A stretch of DNA of 64,000 nucleotides, taken from Candidatus Omnitrophota bacterium (GTDB lineage: Bacteria; Omnitrophota; Omnitrophia; Omnitrophales; Aquincolibacteriaceae). Of this stretch, positions 56,080 to 64,000 are shown piece after piece; the first letter of the stretch is position 1, and each line of letters starts with the position of its first letter. The translations under genes were made by a program, and so were the position numbers. The notes under the pieces were generated by a model that worked only from the letters and a program-made list of their open reading frames with translations, did not search any database and was not told where the DNA came from. The DNA lies in NCBI GenBank assembly GCA_043732705.1, contig JAYTHE010000002.1, positions 56,385 to 120,384 of the forward strand, in the 5' to 3' direction.

Positions 56080-57014
56080 TGTTCCGCTCCACGTTCCACG
56101 CCCCACGCCCCACGGTTTTCATTCGTGGCCCGTGGCTCGTGGCCCGTGGCTCCAAATAAATTTGAAAGTTCGTTAAGTAATTCCGTGTTATTTCTTTTTT
56201 TTGCCCCAAGTTCTAAGATTCTAAGTTTTTCATTGTACATGGCTTGTGCGGCTTGGGTTTGCGCAGGATTGAGAATACCGGATGCGATGGTTTCCGCCAA
56301 AGCTTTGACGCGAAAACGGTCCATGGCTTCGTATTTGTGCGAAAGCTGGTCTTCATGTCCGCCATATTTTTTTAAATATTCTTCCTCGATCAAACCGACA
56401 GGGTAGCGCGATGCGATGCGCAGCCACATTTCATAGTCTTCACAAGCGGGGTAACTTTCATTAAAGCGCCCGACTTCATCCAAAAGCGAACGATGAATCA
56501 TGACCGCGGACGGACTGATCGCGCAAAGCGGCAGGCAATGTTCAAAAATCCAGCCGCCTTCTTTTTCGTGTTTTTTCATTTTATTGACGCGTACGCCTTT
56601 ACGGATCCAAATTTCATCAGTCTGGCAGATTTTATATTCCGGATTTTTCAGAAAAAAATTCATTTGAGCCGCAAGCATATTAGGCAGCCATTCATCGTCG
56701 GAATCAAGAAATGCGATCCACTCGCCTTTGGCTTGTGCGATGCCGGTGTTGCGTGCGGCGGAAACTCCGCGATTGGCTTGGCTGATAAATTTAATGGGGA
56801 ATGCTTTAGGAGTGATGGGAGCTTCGCCAAAACCCAAATGATGTTCTTTTCCGTTCGGCAAATAAAGTTTATGGATTAGCTCTTCGGTATTATCGGTGGA
56901 GCCGTCATCGACTACGATCAGTTCAAACTCCGCGCCCTGCTGGGTCAGCACCGAATGAATAGCGCGACGCACAATGTCGGCCCGGTTATATGTGGGGATA
57001 ATCACTGAAATCAT
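56076..57014 (-). CDS. GT2-family glycosyltransferase
   Basis: SVIIPTYNR, VDDGSTD, ARNTG, FLDSDD, EDY. Confidence 0.93.
   Translation of the reverse strand: MISVIIPTYNRADIVRRAIHSVLTQQGAEFELIVVDDGSTDNTEELIHKLYLPNGKEHHLGFGEAPITPKAFPIKFISQANRGVSAARNTGIAQAKGEWIAFLDSDDEWLPNMLAAQMNFFLKNPEYKICQTDEIWIRKGVRVNKMKKHEKEGGWIFEHCLPLCAISPSAVMIHRSLLDEVGRFNESYPACEDYEMWLRIASRYPVGLIEEEYLKKYGGHEDQLSHKYEAMDRFRVKALAETIASGILNPAQTQAAQAMYNEKLRILELGAKKRNNTELLNELSNLFGATGHEPRATNENRGAWGVERGAEQ
56087..56149. repeat. Inverted heptamer arrays, 4x NNCCACG and 4x NNCGTGG, in the 3' end of the GT2 gene
   Basis: ctccacg ttccacg ccccacg ccccacg ... ttcgtgg cccgtgg ctcgtgg cccgtgg. Confidence 0.8.
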
Positions 57015-57045
57015 GCGGGCATTTTAGCAGAATTGGCTTAAATTA

Positions 57046-57334
57046 GGTCGTGTTGACATTGTTTCTACGCTCGCGACAGAGACGCGTTGCAAGCAGCACA
57101 AGGAACGAAGAGAAAGGCGCACCCGCTGCGGTGCGTCGACGATGAGTGACGCCGTGATGCGACGCAACTCGCTCTGTCCCCCCAAAAAGGTTATCCATGG
57201 GTTGTGGCGGCATGGTTGTCGTCTCAGCGTTGTTCCTCCTCGACGTAGTGCAGAGACTACGCCATCGTCGTCACGCCTTGATTCGACAGCCATGGCGCTC
57301 ACAACGCGAGTGCATAAACAATGTCAACACGACC
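57046..57334. mobile_element. MITE, about 289 bp, 30-bp TIRs, flanked by TA
   Basis: GGTCGTGTTGACATTGTTT... / ...AAACAATGTCAACACGACC (19 bp perfect, 27/30 overall); GC-rich interior; no transposase. Confidence 0.85.
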
Positions 57335-57388
57335 TACCCTTTCCGGGTTTTTACTTGCGGCATTGCACCAAATGCATAAAAATGGGGC

Positions 57389-57844
57389 ATGAAAATTTTT
57401 GGAGCTAAGAAATGGCTTGAAATTATTATTTGTGTGCTTATTCTGATGAGCGCGCGCGCAGCTTTTGCCGCGGGCAGGATTGATGCGATTGCTGATTTGC
57501 AAGAACAGCGTGTGAATGTTTGCAAAGAGCTTGTGAGCGGGGATGATAAAAGTGTCATCAAGGCTTTGAAGGAGACCGGGGATTTGATTGAGAAGCAGAT
57601 TAAACAATCGGCTGATCCCGAGTTTTCGCGCAGAGCTTTTACCCCCGCAACCCGGAAGCTGGATTTAATTTACCAAGCTGATAAAGTCAGAAAGCCTCAA
57701 ATCAATTATATGGGCGATGTTTATCGTGCGGCGCTAGCCGGATTGAGAGTTCAATACCGGGATGAAATTCGTCGGCAAATCCTTGAGGAAAACAATCTTA
57801 AATCAGATTTTTTTGAAAATGATTGCAGGAGACTACTTAAATAA
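57389..57844 (+). CDS. Hypothetical exported protein
   Basis: Signal peptide ending AFA; abuts rlpA. Confidence 0.6.
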   Translation: MKIFGAKKWLEIIICVLILMSARAAFAAGRIDAIADLQEQRVNVCKELVSGDDKSVIKALKETGDLIEKQIKQSADPEFSRRAFTPATRKLDLIYQADKVRKPQINYMGDVYRAALAGLRVQYRDEIRRQILEENNLKSDFFENDCRRLLK

Positions 57845-58294
57845 ATGTTAACCCCTTACGCAACGAAATGGATTTGGCGCGTTTTTTGGATAGTGATCCT
57901 GATCAATATTTTTGTTGTTTGCTCGCACTATACGAATAATTTACGCGCCCGCTTTCCAAATATGGATTGGTCGCGCGCCCATTTTGGAATTGCTTCATGG
58001 TATAGCGAAAAAGATAAGTTTATTAACAAACGCACGGCGAATAATGAGAAGTTTGACGATGACGCGATGACATGCGCTTCCTGGCATTATCCATTTCAGG
58101 AAAAACTGCTCGTAATCAATGCTTTTAACGGTCATTGGACGGTTTGCCGCGTGAATGACCGCGGGCCGGCGAAACGGCTGCACCGCGAAATTGATTTAAC
58201 CCACGCTGTTTTCCGTGAAATTTCGAAATCAAAAACAGGCCTCATTCCGGTTACGGTAATCCCTATAGAAAAGGCCAAAACCCGTTTCCGTTAA
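57845..58294 (+). CDS. rlpA: RlpA-like double-psi beta-barrel lytic transglycosylase
   Basis: GIASWY, TANNE.F, RVNDRGP, REIDLT. Confidence 0.85.
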   Translation: MLTPYATKWIWRVFWIVILINIFVVCSHYTNNLRARFPNMDWSRAHFGIASWYSEKDKFINKRTANNEKFDDDAMTCASWHYPFQEKLLVINAFNGHWTVCRVNDRGPAKRLHREIDLTHAVFREISKSKTGLIPVTVIPIEKAKTRFR

Positions 58295-58332
58295 ATTCAG
58301 CCGGATAAATCCGGCCAAATGAAGATAGGGGC

Positions 58333-58360
58333 TTGACTTAAATAGCATCCTGTTTATGAT
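58333..58360 (+). promoter_or_regulatory. Probable promoter of the pnt operon
   Basis: TTGACT-16-TATGAT. Confidence 0.5.
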
Positions 58361-58439
58361 TTAGGCCTGAAATTCTAATTTCATCCTGCCATGAAGGGCT
58401 GCTCGGGGCGGCTCTTAAACTGATAATTAAGGACTGATA

Positions 58440-59552
58440 ATGATCATTGGTGTTCCTAAAGAAACGGCGTCCGGCGAAAACCGCGTGGCGCTTGTTCCTG
58501 AAACAATTGCGAAGCTGATTAAAGCTGGTTTTCAGGTCAATATTCAGCAAGGCGCCGGGGCCAAAGCCTATTTTCAAGACGCCGATTATCAAAAAGCAGG
58601 CGCGAATGTCATTTCTGATGTTTATGTATCGGATGTCATCGTCAAAGTAAGCGCGCCCACAGCTGCTGAAATTGCCCGCCTCAAATCAGGCGCGATTTAC
58701 ATCAGTTTTTTGAATCCATTAGCGGAACCTTCCACAAGCGCTGAGCTTGCGAAAAAAGGCGTGACGGCTTTCAGTATGGAGCTCATTCCGCGTACCAGCC
58801 GTGCGCAAAGTATGGACGCGCTTTCTTCCCAGGCGAATATCGGCGGCTATAAAGCTGTTTTAACAGCGGCAACGGTCATCGGAAAATATTTCCCGATGCT
58901 AACGACGGCCGCCGGAACTGTTCCGCCCGCAAAAGTTTTGGTGATTGGTGTCGGTGTTGCCGGACTTCAGGCAATCGCAACTGCGCGCCGTTTGGGTGCG
59001 GTTGTCAGCGCTTTTGACATTCGCCCTGAAGTGAAAGAACAAGTTCATAGTTTGGGAGCGAAGTTTGTGGAAGCTAAAGTTGAAGTTGCGAGCGCGGAAG
59101 GCGGCTACGCGAAAGAAGTCAACGAAGACACCAAGAAAAAATTGCAGGAAGCTTTGGCTGAAACCGTTGCGGCTTCGGATATTGTGATTACAACCGCGCA
59201 GGTTCCGGGTAAAAAAGCGCCGGTGCTTGTAACACGCGACATGGTTGCGAAAATGCGTGCGGGTTCGGTCATCATCGATATGGCTGCTGAACAAGGCGGC
59301 AACGTTGAGGGTTCAAAAGCAAACGAAACGGTTGAAACCGGCGGGGTTCGTATCCTCGGCCCGGTGAATTTGCCGTCATCCATGCCGGTACATGCCAGCC
59401 AGCTTTATTCGAAAAATATTTTTTCTTTACTGAATTTGATGGTGAAAGAAGGCAAGCTCAATCTTGATCTGAATGACGATATTTTGAAAGGCGCTTGCGT
59501 CGCGCATGGCGGGCAAGTGGTGAATGAAAGAGTGAAGGGGTTACTTAAATGA
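58440..59552 (+). CDS. pntA: NAD(P) transhydrogenase subunit alpha, part 1
   Basis: GVPKE..ENRVA, RAQSMDALSSQ, GVGVAG. Confidence 0.95.
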   Translation: MIIGVPKETASGENRVALVPETIAKLIKAGFQVNIQQGAGAKAYFQDADYQKAGANVISDVYVSDVIVKVSAPTAAEIARLKSGAIYISFLNPLAEPSTSAELAKKGVTAFSMELIPRTSRAQSMDALSSQANIGGYKAVLTAATVIGKYFPMLTTAAGTVPPAKVLVIGVGVAGLQAIATARRLGAVVSAFDIRPEVKEQVHSLGAKFVEAKVEVASAEGGYAKEVNEDTKKKLQEALAETVAASDIVITTAQVPGKKAPVLVTRDMVAKMRAGSVIIDMAAEQGGNVEGSKANETVETGGVRILGPVNLPSSMPVHASQLYSKNIFSLLNLMVKEGKLNLDLNDDILKGACVAHGGQVVNERVKGLLK

Positions 59553-59668
59553 GACCACAAGTTATGGAACAAAGTGAGCATAACTTGTATGGTTTAAATT
59601 TATCCCGAGTCAAAATTATGTTCGATGGAGATATCAGCCCGGAGCAAGGCGAAGGACATTTACTATGA
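59549..59668 (+). CDS. 39-codon bridging ORF between the pntA parts
   Basis: ATGA overlaps at both ends; read by hand. Confidence 0.35.
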   Translation: MRPQVMEQSEHNLYGLNLSRVKIMFDGDISPEQGEGHLL

Positions 59669-59967
59669 ACGAAGTTTTCTTAAATGGAATCACGGTGCTT
59701 TTGCTCGCGACTTTTGTCGGGCTTGAAGTTATCAAAAAAGTTTCACCGCTTTTGCATACGCCTTTGATGTCTCTGACGAATGCGATTAGCGCGATCAGCA
59801 TTGTCGGCGCGATTTTAGTCGCCGGTTCCGCGGAGCATCACAGCCGACTCGGAACGATTCTTGGCGCCGTCGCGGTTTTTTGTTCGATGACCAATATTGT
59901 TTCCGGATTTTTAATCACGGACCGCATGTTGAAGATGTTTAAAAAACGTGAACCGGTAAAAAAATGA
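59665..59967 (+). CDS. pntA: NAD(P) transhydrogenase subunit alpha, part 2
   Basis: LHTPLMSLTNAIS, TDRMLKMF. Confidence 0.95.
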   Translation: MNEVFLNGITVLLLATFVGLEVIKKVSPLLHTPLMSLTNAISAISIVGAILVAGSAEHHSRLGTILGAVAVFCSMTNIVSGFLITDRMLKMFKKREPVKK

Positions 59968-61346
59968 GTATGAGCATGATTACTTCCATCGCTTATCTTC
60001 TGGCGGCTGGGCTTTTTATTCTCTCGCTGCGTTGGATGAATTCACCGGTAACCGCGCGTCGCGGTGTGCCCGCGGGTATTGCGGCAATGGTGCTTGCGAT
60101 TGGCGGAACCTTGATCAGTCCGAGCGTTAGTCATTTTACCGCGATTATTATTGCGGTGATTCTTGGTGGTGCGGTGGGTGTTCCGCTCGCGCAGGTTCCG
60201 ATTACTGCAGTTCCGCAGCGGACCGCACTTTCACATGCTTTTGGCGCTTTGGCCGCGGCGCTTGTCGGAACGGCAAAATATTTTACGCTTTCGCAGTCTG
60301 AGTTGACACCCTTTGTAACGGGTGCGATTGTGCTCGAAGTTCTGCTCGGATTCGTTACTTTTACCGGCAGTATTATGGCAGCGCTTAAATTACAAGAATT
60401 AATTCCGACCCGCCCGATGACTTTTCCCGGACAGAACTTTTTTAATTTATCGGTTCTTGGCGCGGCAATTGTGCTTGGCATTTTGCTGATTTTAAATCCG
60501 GCCACGAGCTGGATGTTTGTCGCGGTTGCGGGCTTGGCGCTGCTTTTCGGAATTTTATTGATTCTCCCGATCGGCGGCGCGGATATGCCGACTGTCATTT
60601 CTTTGTTGAATGCTTATGCCGGTCTCTCGGCGGTGGCGATGGGCTTCGTGCTGAATAACAGTCTTTTGATTATCGCAGGGGCGCTTGACGGCGCGAGCGG
60701 TTTAATTCTTTCGATCATTATGTGTAAAGCCATGAATCGTTCTTTTGCGAATATTCTTTTTGGCGCTTTCGGCCAGGTTCAGCAAAGTGCGGCAGTCGGA
60801 ACACAAGGCGATAAAGTTTGTCACACAGTCACTGCGGAAGAAGCGGCGGAATATTTAAAGGAAGCGCAGCGCGTTGTGATCGTGCCCGGTTATGGCATGG
60901 CCGTCGCGCAGGCGCAGCATAAAGTCGAAGAACTTTTTGATCATTTAACATCCCGCGGCATTGACGTGAAATTCGCGATTCATCCCGTTGCGGGACGTAT
61001 GCCCGGCCACATGAACGTGCTTTTAGCTGAAGCGGATATTCCTTACGACAATTTAATTGAAATGGAAGAAATCAATCCTGAGATGGGGCAGGTTGACGTT
61101 GTCATTGTCATCGGCGCGAATGACGTTGTGAATCCGGCGGCAAGAACCAATCCCGGAAGTCCGATTTATGGTATGCCTGTGATTGAAGTTGATAAGGCGA
61201 AGCAGATTATTTTTATGAAACGCGGCCTTGCGACAGGGTTTGCCGGCGTTGAAAACGAACTTTTCTATAATCCCAAGACCATGATGCTTTTTGGTTCCGC
61301 CAAAGAAACCGTCGGCCATTTAACTGCAGCGCTTAAAGCCGAATAG
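59964..61346 (+). CDS. pntB: NAD(P) transhydrogenase subunit beta
   Basis: IGGADMP, AMNRS, PGYGMAVAQAQ, HPVAGRMPGHMN, GANDVVNP. Confidence 0.96.
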   Translation: MSMSMITSIAYLLAAGLFILSLRWMNSPVTARRGVPAGIAAMVLAIGGTLISPSVSHFTAIIIAVILGGAVGVPLAQVPITAVPQRTALSHAFGALAAALVGTAKYFTLSQSELTPFVTGAIVLEVLLGFVTFTGSIMAALKLQELIPTRPMTFPGQNFFNLSVLGAAIVLGILLILNPATSWMFVAVAGLALLFGILLILPIGGADMPTVISLLNAYAGLSAVAMGFVLNNSLLIIAGALDGASGLILSIIMCKAMNRSFANILFGAFGQVQQSAAVGTQGDKVCHTVTAEEAAEYLKEAQRVVIVPGYGMAVAQAQHKVEELFDHLTSRGIDVKFAIHPVAGRMPGHMNVLLAEADIPYDNLIEMEEINPEMGQVDVVIVIGANDVVNPAARTNPGSPIYGMPVIEVDKAKQIIFMKRGLATGFAGVENELFYNPKTMMLFGSAKETVGHLTAALKAE

Positions 61347-61394
61347 TCAGTTTTTCTTTCTGCTCTTCGATCGATCCAATATACAAAGCGCTTA

Positions 61395-61898
61395 AGCGCC
61401 TACAAAGAATCAGGCTCGCCTCAAACAGCTGCGTCCTTACGGCGCAGAACTCGGCGAATTTGATTCTTTATAGGCGCTCTTTTTTGGCAGTGTGGGGTGG
61501 GGCAATCATCAGAGAAGCAAGGCTAAGACCACCAACTTACTCGAAGGCGCATTTATTTTATCTGATTCCTTCCTGCCTCAAGCTTTGCATTGTAGCTTCC
61601 CGTTATATCTTTTTTTGTCTCAGCGAAGCCGGGACAAAAAAATAAGCCAATCTTTTTTCCTAGTACTGCTGTGCAGAACTAGGAAAAGGTATGACGGGAA
61701 ACTAGATTATTGAGGTTGGGGGCTGTGGTCGGAATCTTAATAGAGAGCCTTCGAGGAATTGAGATTGTAATGCCTTGTTTCTCCGCTAATTGCTTCCACG
61801 CCCATATATTGCGGATGTTCGCTGGAAAAAGATTTAAAAGGCGAATTTGCCGACTTGGACGGCATTGTTTGAGCCGGTTAAATCTTTTTTCAGTGAAC
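61395..61898. repeat. Nested-hairpin intergenic element, copy B
   Basis: TCAAACAG...GAACTC (61421-61452), rod 61491-61806, inverted core ending TGTTTGA (61872); colinear with 9009-9499. Confidence 0.8.
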
Positions 61899-61984
61899 CC
61901 AGCTCATGGTTTTTACGCCACGCTGTAGTCTGTAATCTAAAGCCGGATTGTGCTAAAATACTTTTTTCTTGAAGGAGCATTTTT

Positions 61985-62617
61985 ATGAAGAATTATTCTG
62001 AGCTTTCTCTGCAGCAATATTTAGACGAACTTTCAAGCGATGCGCCGATTCCGGGTGGGGGAAGCGTATCCGCCTATTCCGCAGCTTTAGCTTTAGGGCT
62101 CATGCAAATGGTTGCAAGAATCACTCTCAAGCGCAAAATTAAACCTGAATTGTCTCCCGAAGAAAAAGATCAGGAAGATAAGAATAAAATATCGTTGCAG
62201 GAAATCATCAATGAAGTGGAAGTCGTGAAGCAGCAGGCGATGCAGGTTGTTTCGACTGATCCGCAGGTTTATCACGAAGTCATGAGTTGTTATGCTCAGA
62301 AAGCTTCCGAGTTGGAAATTGATGCGGCGTTGCTTAAAGCTTTTCGGCTTCAGGCGGATCTTTCCAAGAAAATCGCGCAAGCGCTTGATTTAAACGGAAA
62401 ACTTGCGGGTCTTGTGACGGGAGCGATTAAAAATGATTTGATTGTCGCGCAGCACTTACTCAAGGCGGCGTTTCAAGGCGCTTACCATACCGCGCACATT
62501 AATATTGTCTATTTAAAAAATACTACAAAAAAACTTTCGGCTGAGGATGAGCTGGCAGCGATCCGGCTTAATTTTGGGATAACAGGTAATGTTGCCCCGG
62601 CTCCGGCACACCATTAA
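61985..62617 (+). CDS. Cyclodeaminase/cyclohydrolase family protein (FTCD_C, FchA-like)
   Basis: LSSDAPIPGGGSVSA, D..VY, IN; adjacent to folD. Confidence 0.85.
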   Translation: MKNYSELSLQQYLDELSSDAPIPGGGSVSAYSAALALGLMQMVARITLKRKIKPELSPEEKDQEDKNKISLQEIINEVEVVKQQAMQVVSTDPQVYHEVMSCYAQKASELEIDAALLKAFRLQADLSKKIAQALDLNGKLAGLVTGAIKNDLIVAQHLLKAAFQGAYHTAHINIVYLKNTTKKLSAEDELAAIRLNFGITGNVAPAPAHH

Positions 62618-62692
62618 GTTTTGGTTCTGAGCGCGGTAAATTTTTCTCTGAGACTTACGTCTCAACCGCGACCAAGAGCAGCTATATAAAAA

Positions 62693-63568
62693 ATGAAAGG
62701 TTTGAAAATGACCGCTAAATTATTAGAAGGTAAAAATCTCGCGGTACAAATGCAGAATGAGATCCGTGAATTTGTGGTGCAGGCACCGGGTCGGATTTGT
62801 CTTGCTGTAGTTGAAACCAAAAAAGATCCTTCCGCCGAATGGTATATGGGCGCTCAGGAAAAGCTCGCCGCAAAACTTGGCATTGAATATCTCAAGACTA
62901 ATTGCGAGCAAGTTCCCGATGAGGGTTCGCTAGTTATGAAAATTCGAGACCTTTCCGATGATCCGTTTGTGCACGGTATTTTCCTTTCGATGCCTTTGCC
63001 CCCGCAGTATAACGCGACACGCATTATCGATGCGCTGGATCCCAAAAAGGACGTGGAAGGTATTCATCCTTCGACTTTGGGTTTAATTGTGATGCGCCGT
63101 CGTGTTTCCGTTCCGCCCACCGCTTATTCCGCTTATTTATTGGCTAAATCCGCCGGCATGCCATTGCTTGGAAAGCGTGCGCTTGTGATTGGACAAAGCG
63201 CGATTGTCGGCCGTCCGCTTTCGATTTTGCTCGGTGAAGAACGCATGACCACGACGATCGCGAATGCCGGAACGACGCCCGAAGACTTGAAGAAATTTGT
63301 TTCGGAAAGTGACTTTGTTTTTGCCTGCGTCGGGAAACCCGGGCTGGTTCAAGGAGACTGGGTGAAACCTGGCGCGGTGCTTGTGGATGTGGGCACAACA
63401 GAAGTGAATGGGAAGTTGGTGGGCGATATTGAGTTTGATGCCGCTGCGCAAAAAGCGGGTTTCATTACGCCTGTTCCGGGCGGTGTGGGGCCGCTCACAA
63501 CCACTTTACTTTTCAAAAATTTGACCAATCTCATTCAAAGCCATAGCTCCCATAAAAAGTCGTCTTAA
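62693..63568 (+). CDS. folD: Methylenetetrahydrofolate dehydrogenase/cyclohydrolase
   Basis: PLP, KDVEG, IVGRP, DVG, ITPVPGGVGP; alternative start at 62708. Confidence 0.9.
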   Translation: MKGLKMTAKLLEGKNLAVQMQNEIREFVVQAPGRICLAVVETKKDPSAEWYMGAQEKLAAKLGIEYLKTNCEQVPDEGSLVMKIRDLSDDPFVHGIFLSMPLPPQYNATRIIDALDPKKDVEGIHPSTLGLIVMRRRVSVPPTAYSAYLLAKSAGMPLLGKRALVIGQSAIVGRPLSILLGEERMTTTIANAGTTPEDLKKFVSESDFVFACVGKPGLVQGDWVKPGAVLVDVGTTEVNGKLVGDIEFDAAAQKAGFITPVPGGVGPLTTTLLFKNLTNLIQSHSSHKKSS

Positions 63569-63575
63569 AAACTTG

Positions 63576-64000
63576 ATGAAAAAAATTCAGGCTATTCTCA
63601 AAAAAAAGCAGCGCCGTGAAAAAGTTACGGTATTGACTGCCTATGATTTTCCCACCGCGCGAATTTTAGACGAAGCCGGCATTGATATTTTGTTGGTCGG
63701 CGACTCGCTTGGAATGGTTTTGCGCGGCGACGCGAATACGCGCGGCGTGACAATCGATCACATGGTTTATCACACTCAGGCTGTTACGCGTGCTGCGAAA
63801 AACGCGCTTATTGTCGCGGATATGCCTTATCGGTCATATACGAACCCGGCCGCTGCCGTGAAAAATGCGAAGCGTCTTATCAAAGAAGGCGGCGCGGACG
63901 CGGTTAAGCTTGAAGGCGGAAAAGCAATTGAGAAGCAAGTCGCGGCGATTCTCAAAGCTAAAATTCAAGTCATGGGCCATATCGGCATGACGCCGCAAAG
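63576..64000 (+). CDS. panB: 3-methyl-2-oxobutanoate hydroxymethyltransferase, 5' part
   Basis: Translated by hand: LTAYD, ILLVGDSLGM, ADMPY, AVKLEGG, MGHIGMTPQ; runs off the window. Confidence 0.95.
   Translation, partial: MKKIQAILKKKQRREKVTVLTAYDFPTARILDEAGIDILLVGDSLGMVLRGDANTRGVTIDHMVYHTQAVTRAAKNALIVADMPYRSYTNPAAAVKNAKRLIKEGGADAVKLEGGKAIEKQVAAILKAKIQVMGHIGMTPQ

Noticed and set aside
57024-57607. ORFs 57024-57302, 57142-57408, 57197-57379 and 57299-57607
   Set aside because: They overlap the MITE or lie antisense to the 57389 gene
58380-58439. Riboswitch in the pntA leader
   Set aside because: Only a small hairpin, with no recognisable aptamer consensus
58440-61346. Functional link between pntAB and the NAD-salvage giant gene
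   Set aside because: They are separated by unrelated genes and pnt has its own promoter; proximity alone is not evidence
61460-61928. Three short + strand ORFs
   Set aside because: They fall within nested-hairpin element copy B, and copy A has no equivalent ORFs

Overview
Bacterial chromosomal window of about 45% GC. It contains no rRNA, tRNA, CRISPR array or autonomous transposase. The giant-gene architecture and repeat types suggest an Omnitrophota-like lineage (inference only). Routine content: livKHMGF, a c-di-AMP riboswitch upstream of kimA, a PAS kinase/REC/REC-GGDEF trio, a stress cluster (TspO, pirin, ferritin, nitroreductase), a copper/metal island (cusB, cusA, copA, CDF), a LacI gene with two operators upstream of a secreted repeat protein, pntAB, a cyclohydrolase, folD and panB. 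The standout is a 4563-aa ORF (41261-54952) that looks like an exported polyprotein. It has a signal peptide and a TIKI/TraB-like N-terminal domain, followed by enzyme cargo blocks separated by four exact RSEQR motifs, each encoded with different codons. The cargo is a nearly complete NAD salvage pathway (PncA, PncB, HxGH adenylyltransferase, Gln-dependent NadE, ADP-ribose Nudix) plus IMPase-like, HAD and methyltransferase domains. Its two PncB copies have degenerated in complementary ways, as expected for a single-chain pseudo-dimer. Also notable: a family of ~500-bp nested-hairpin intergenic elements whose stems keep pairing while their sequence changes, mini-elements that sit on start codons, and many apparently leaderless genes.
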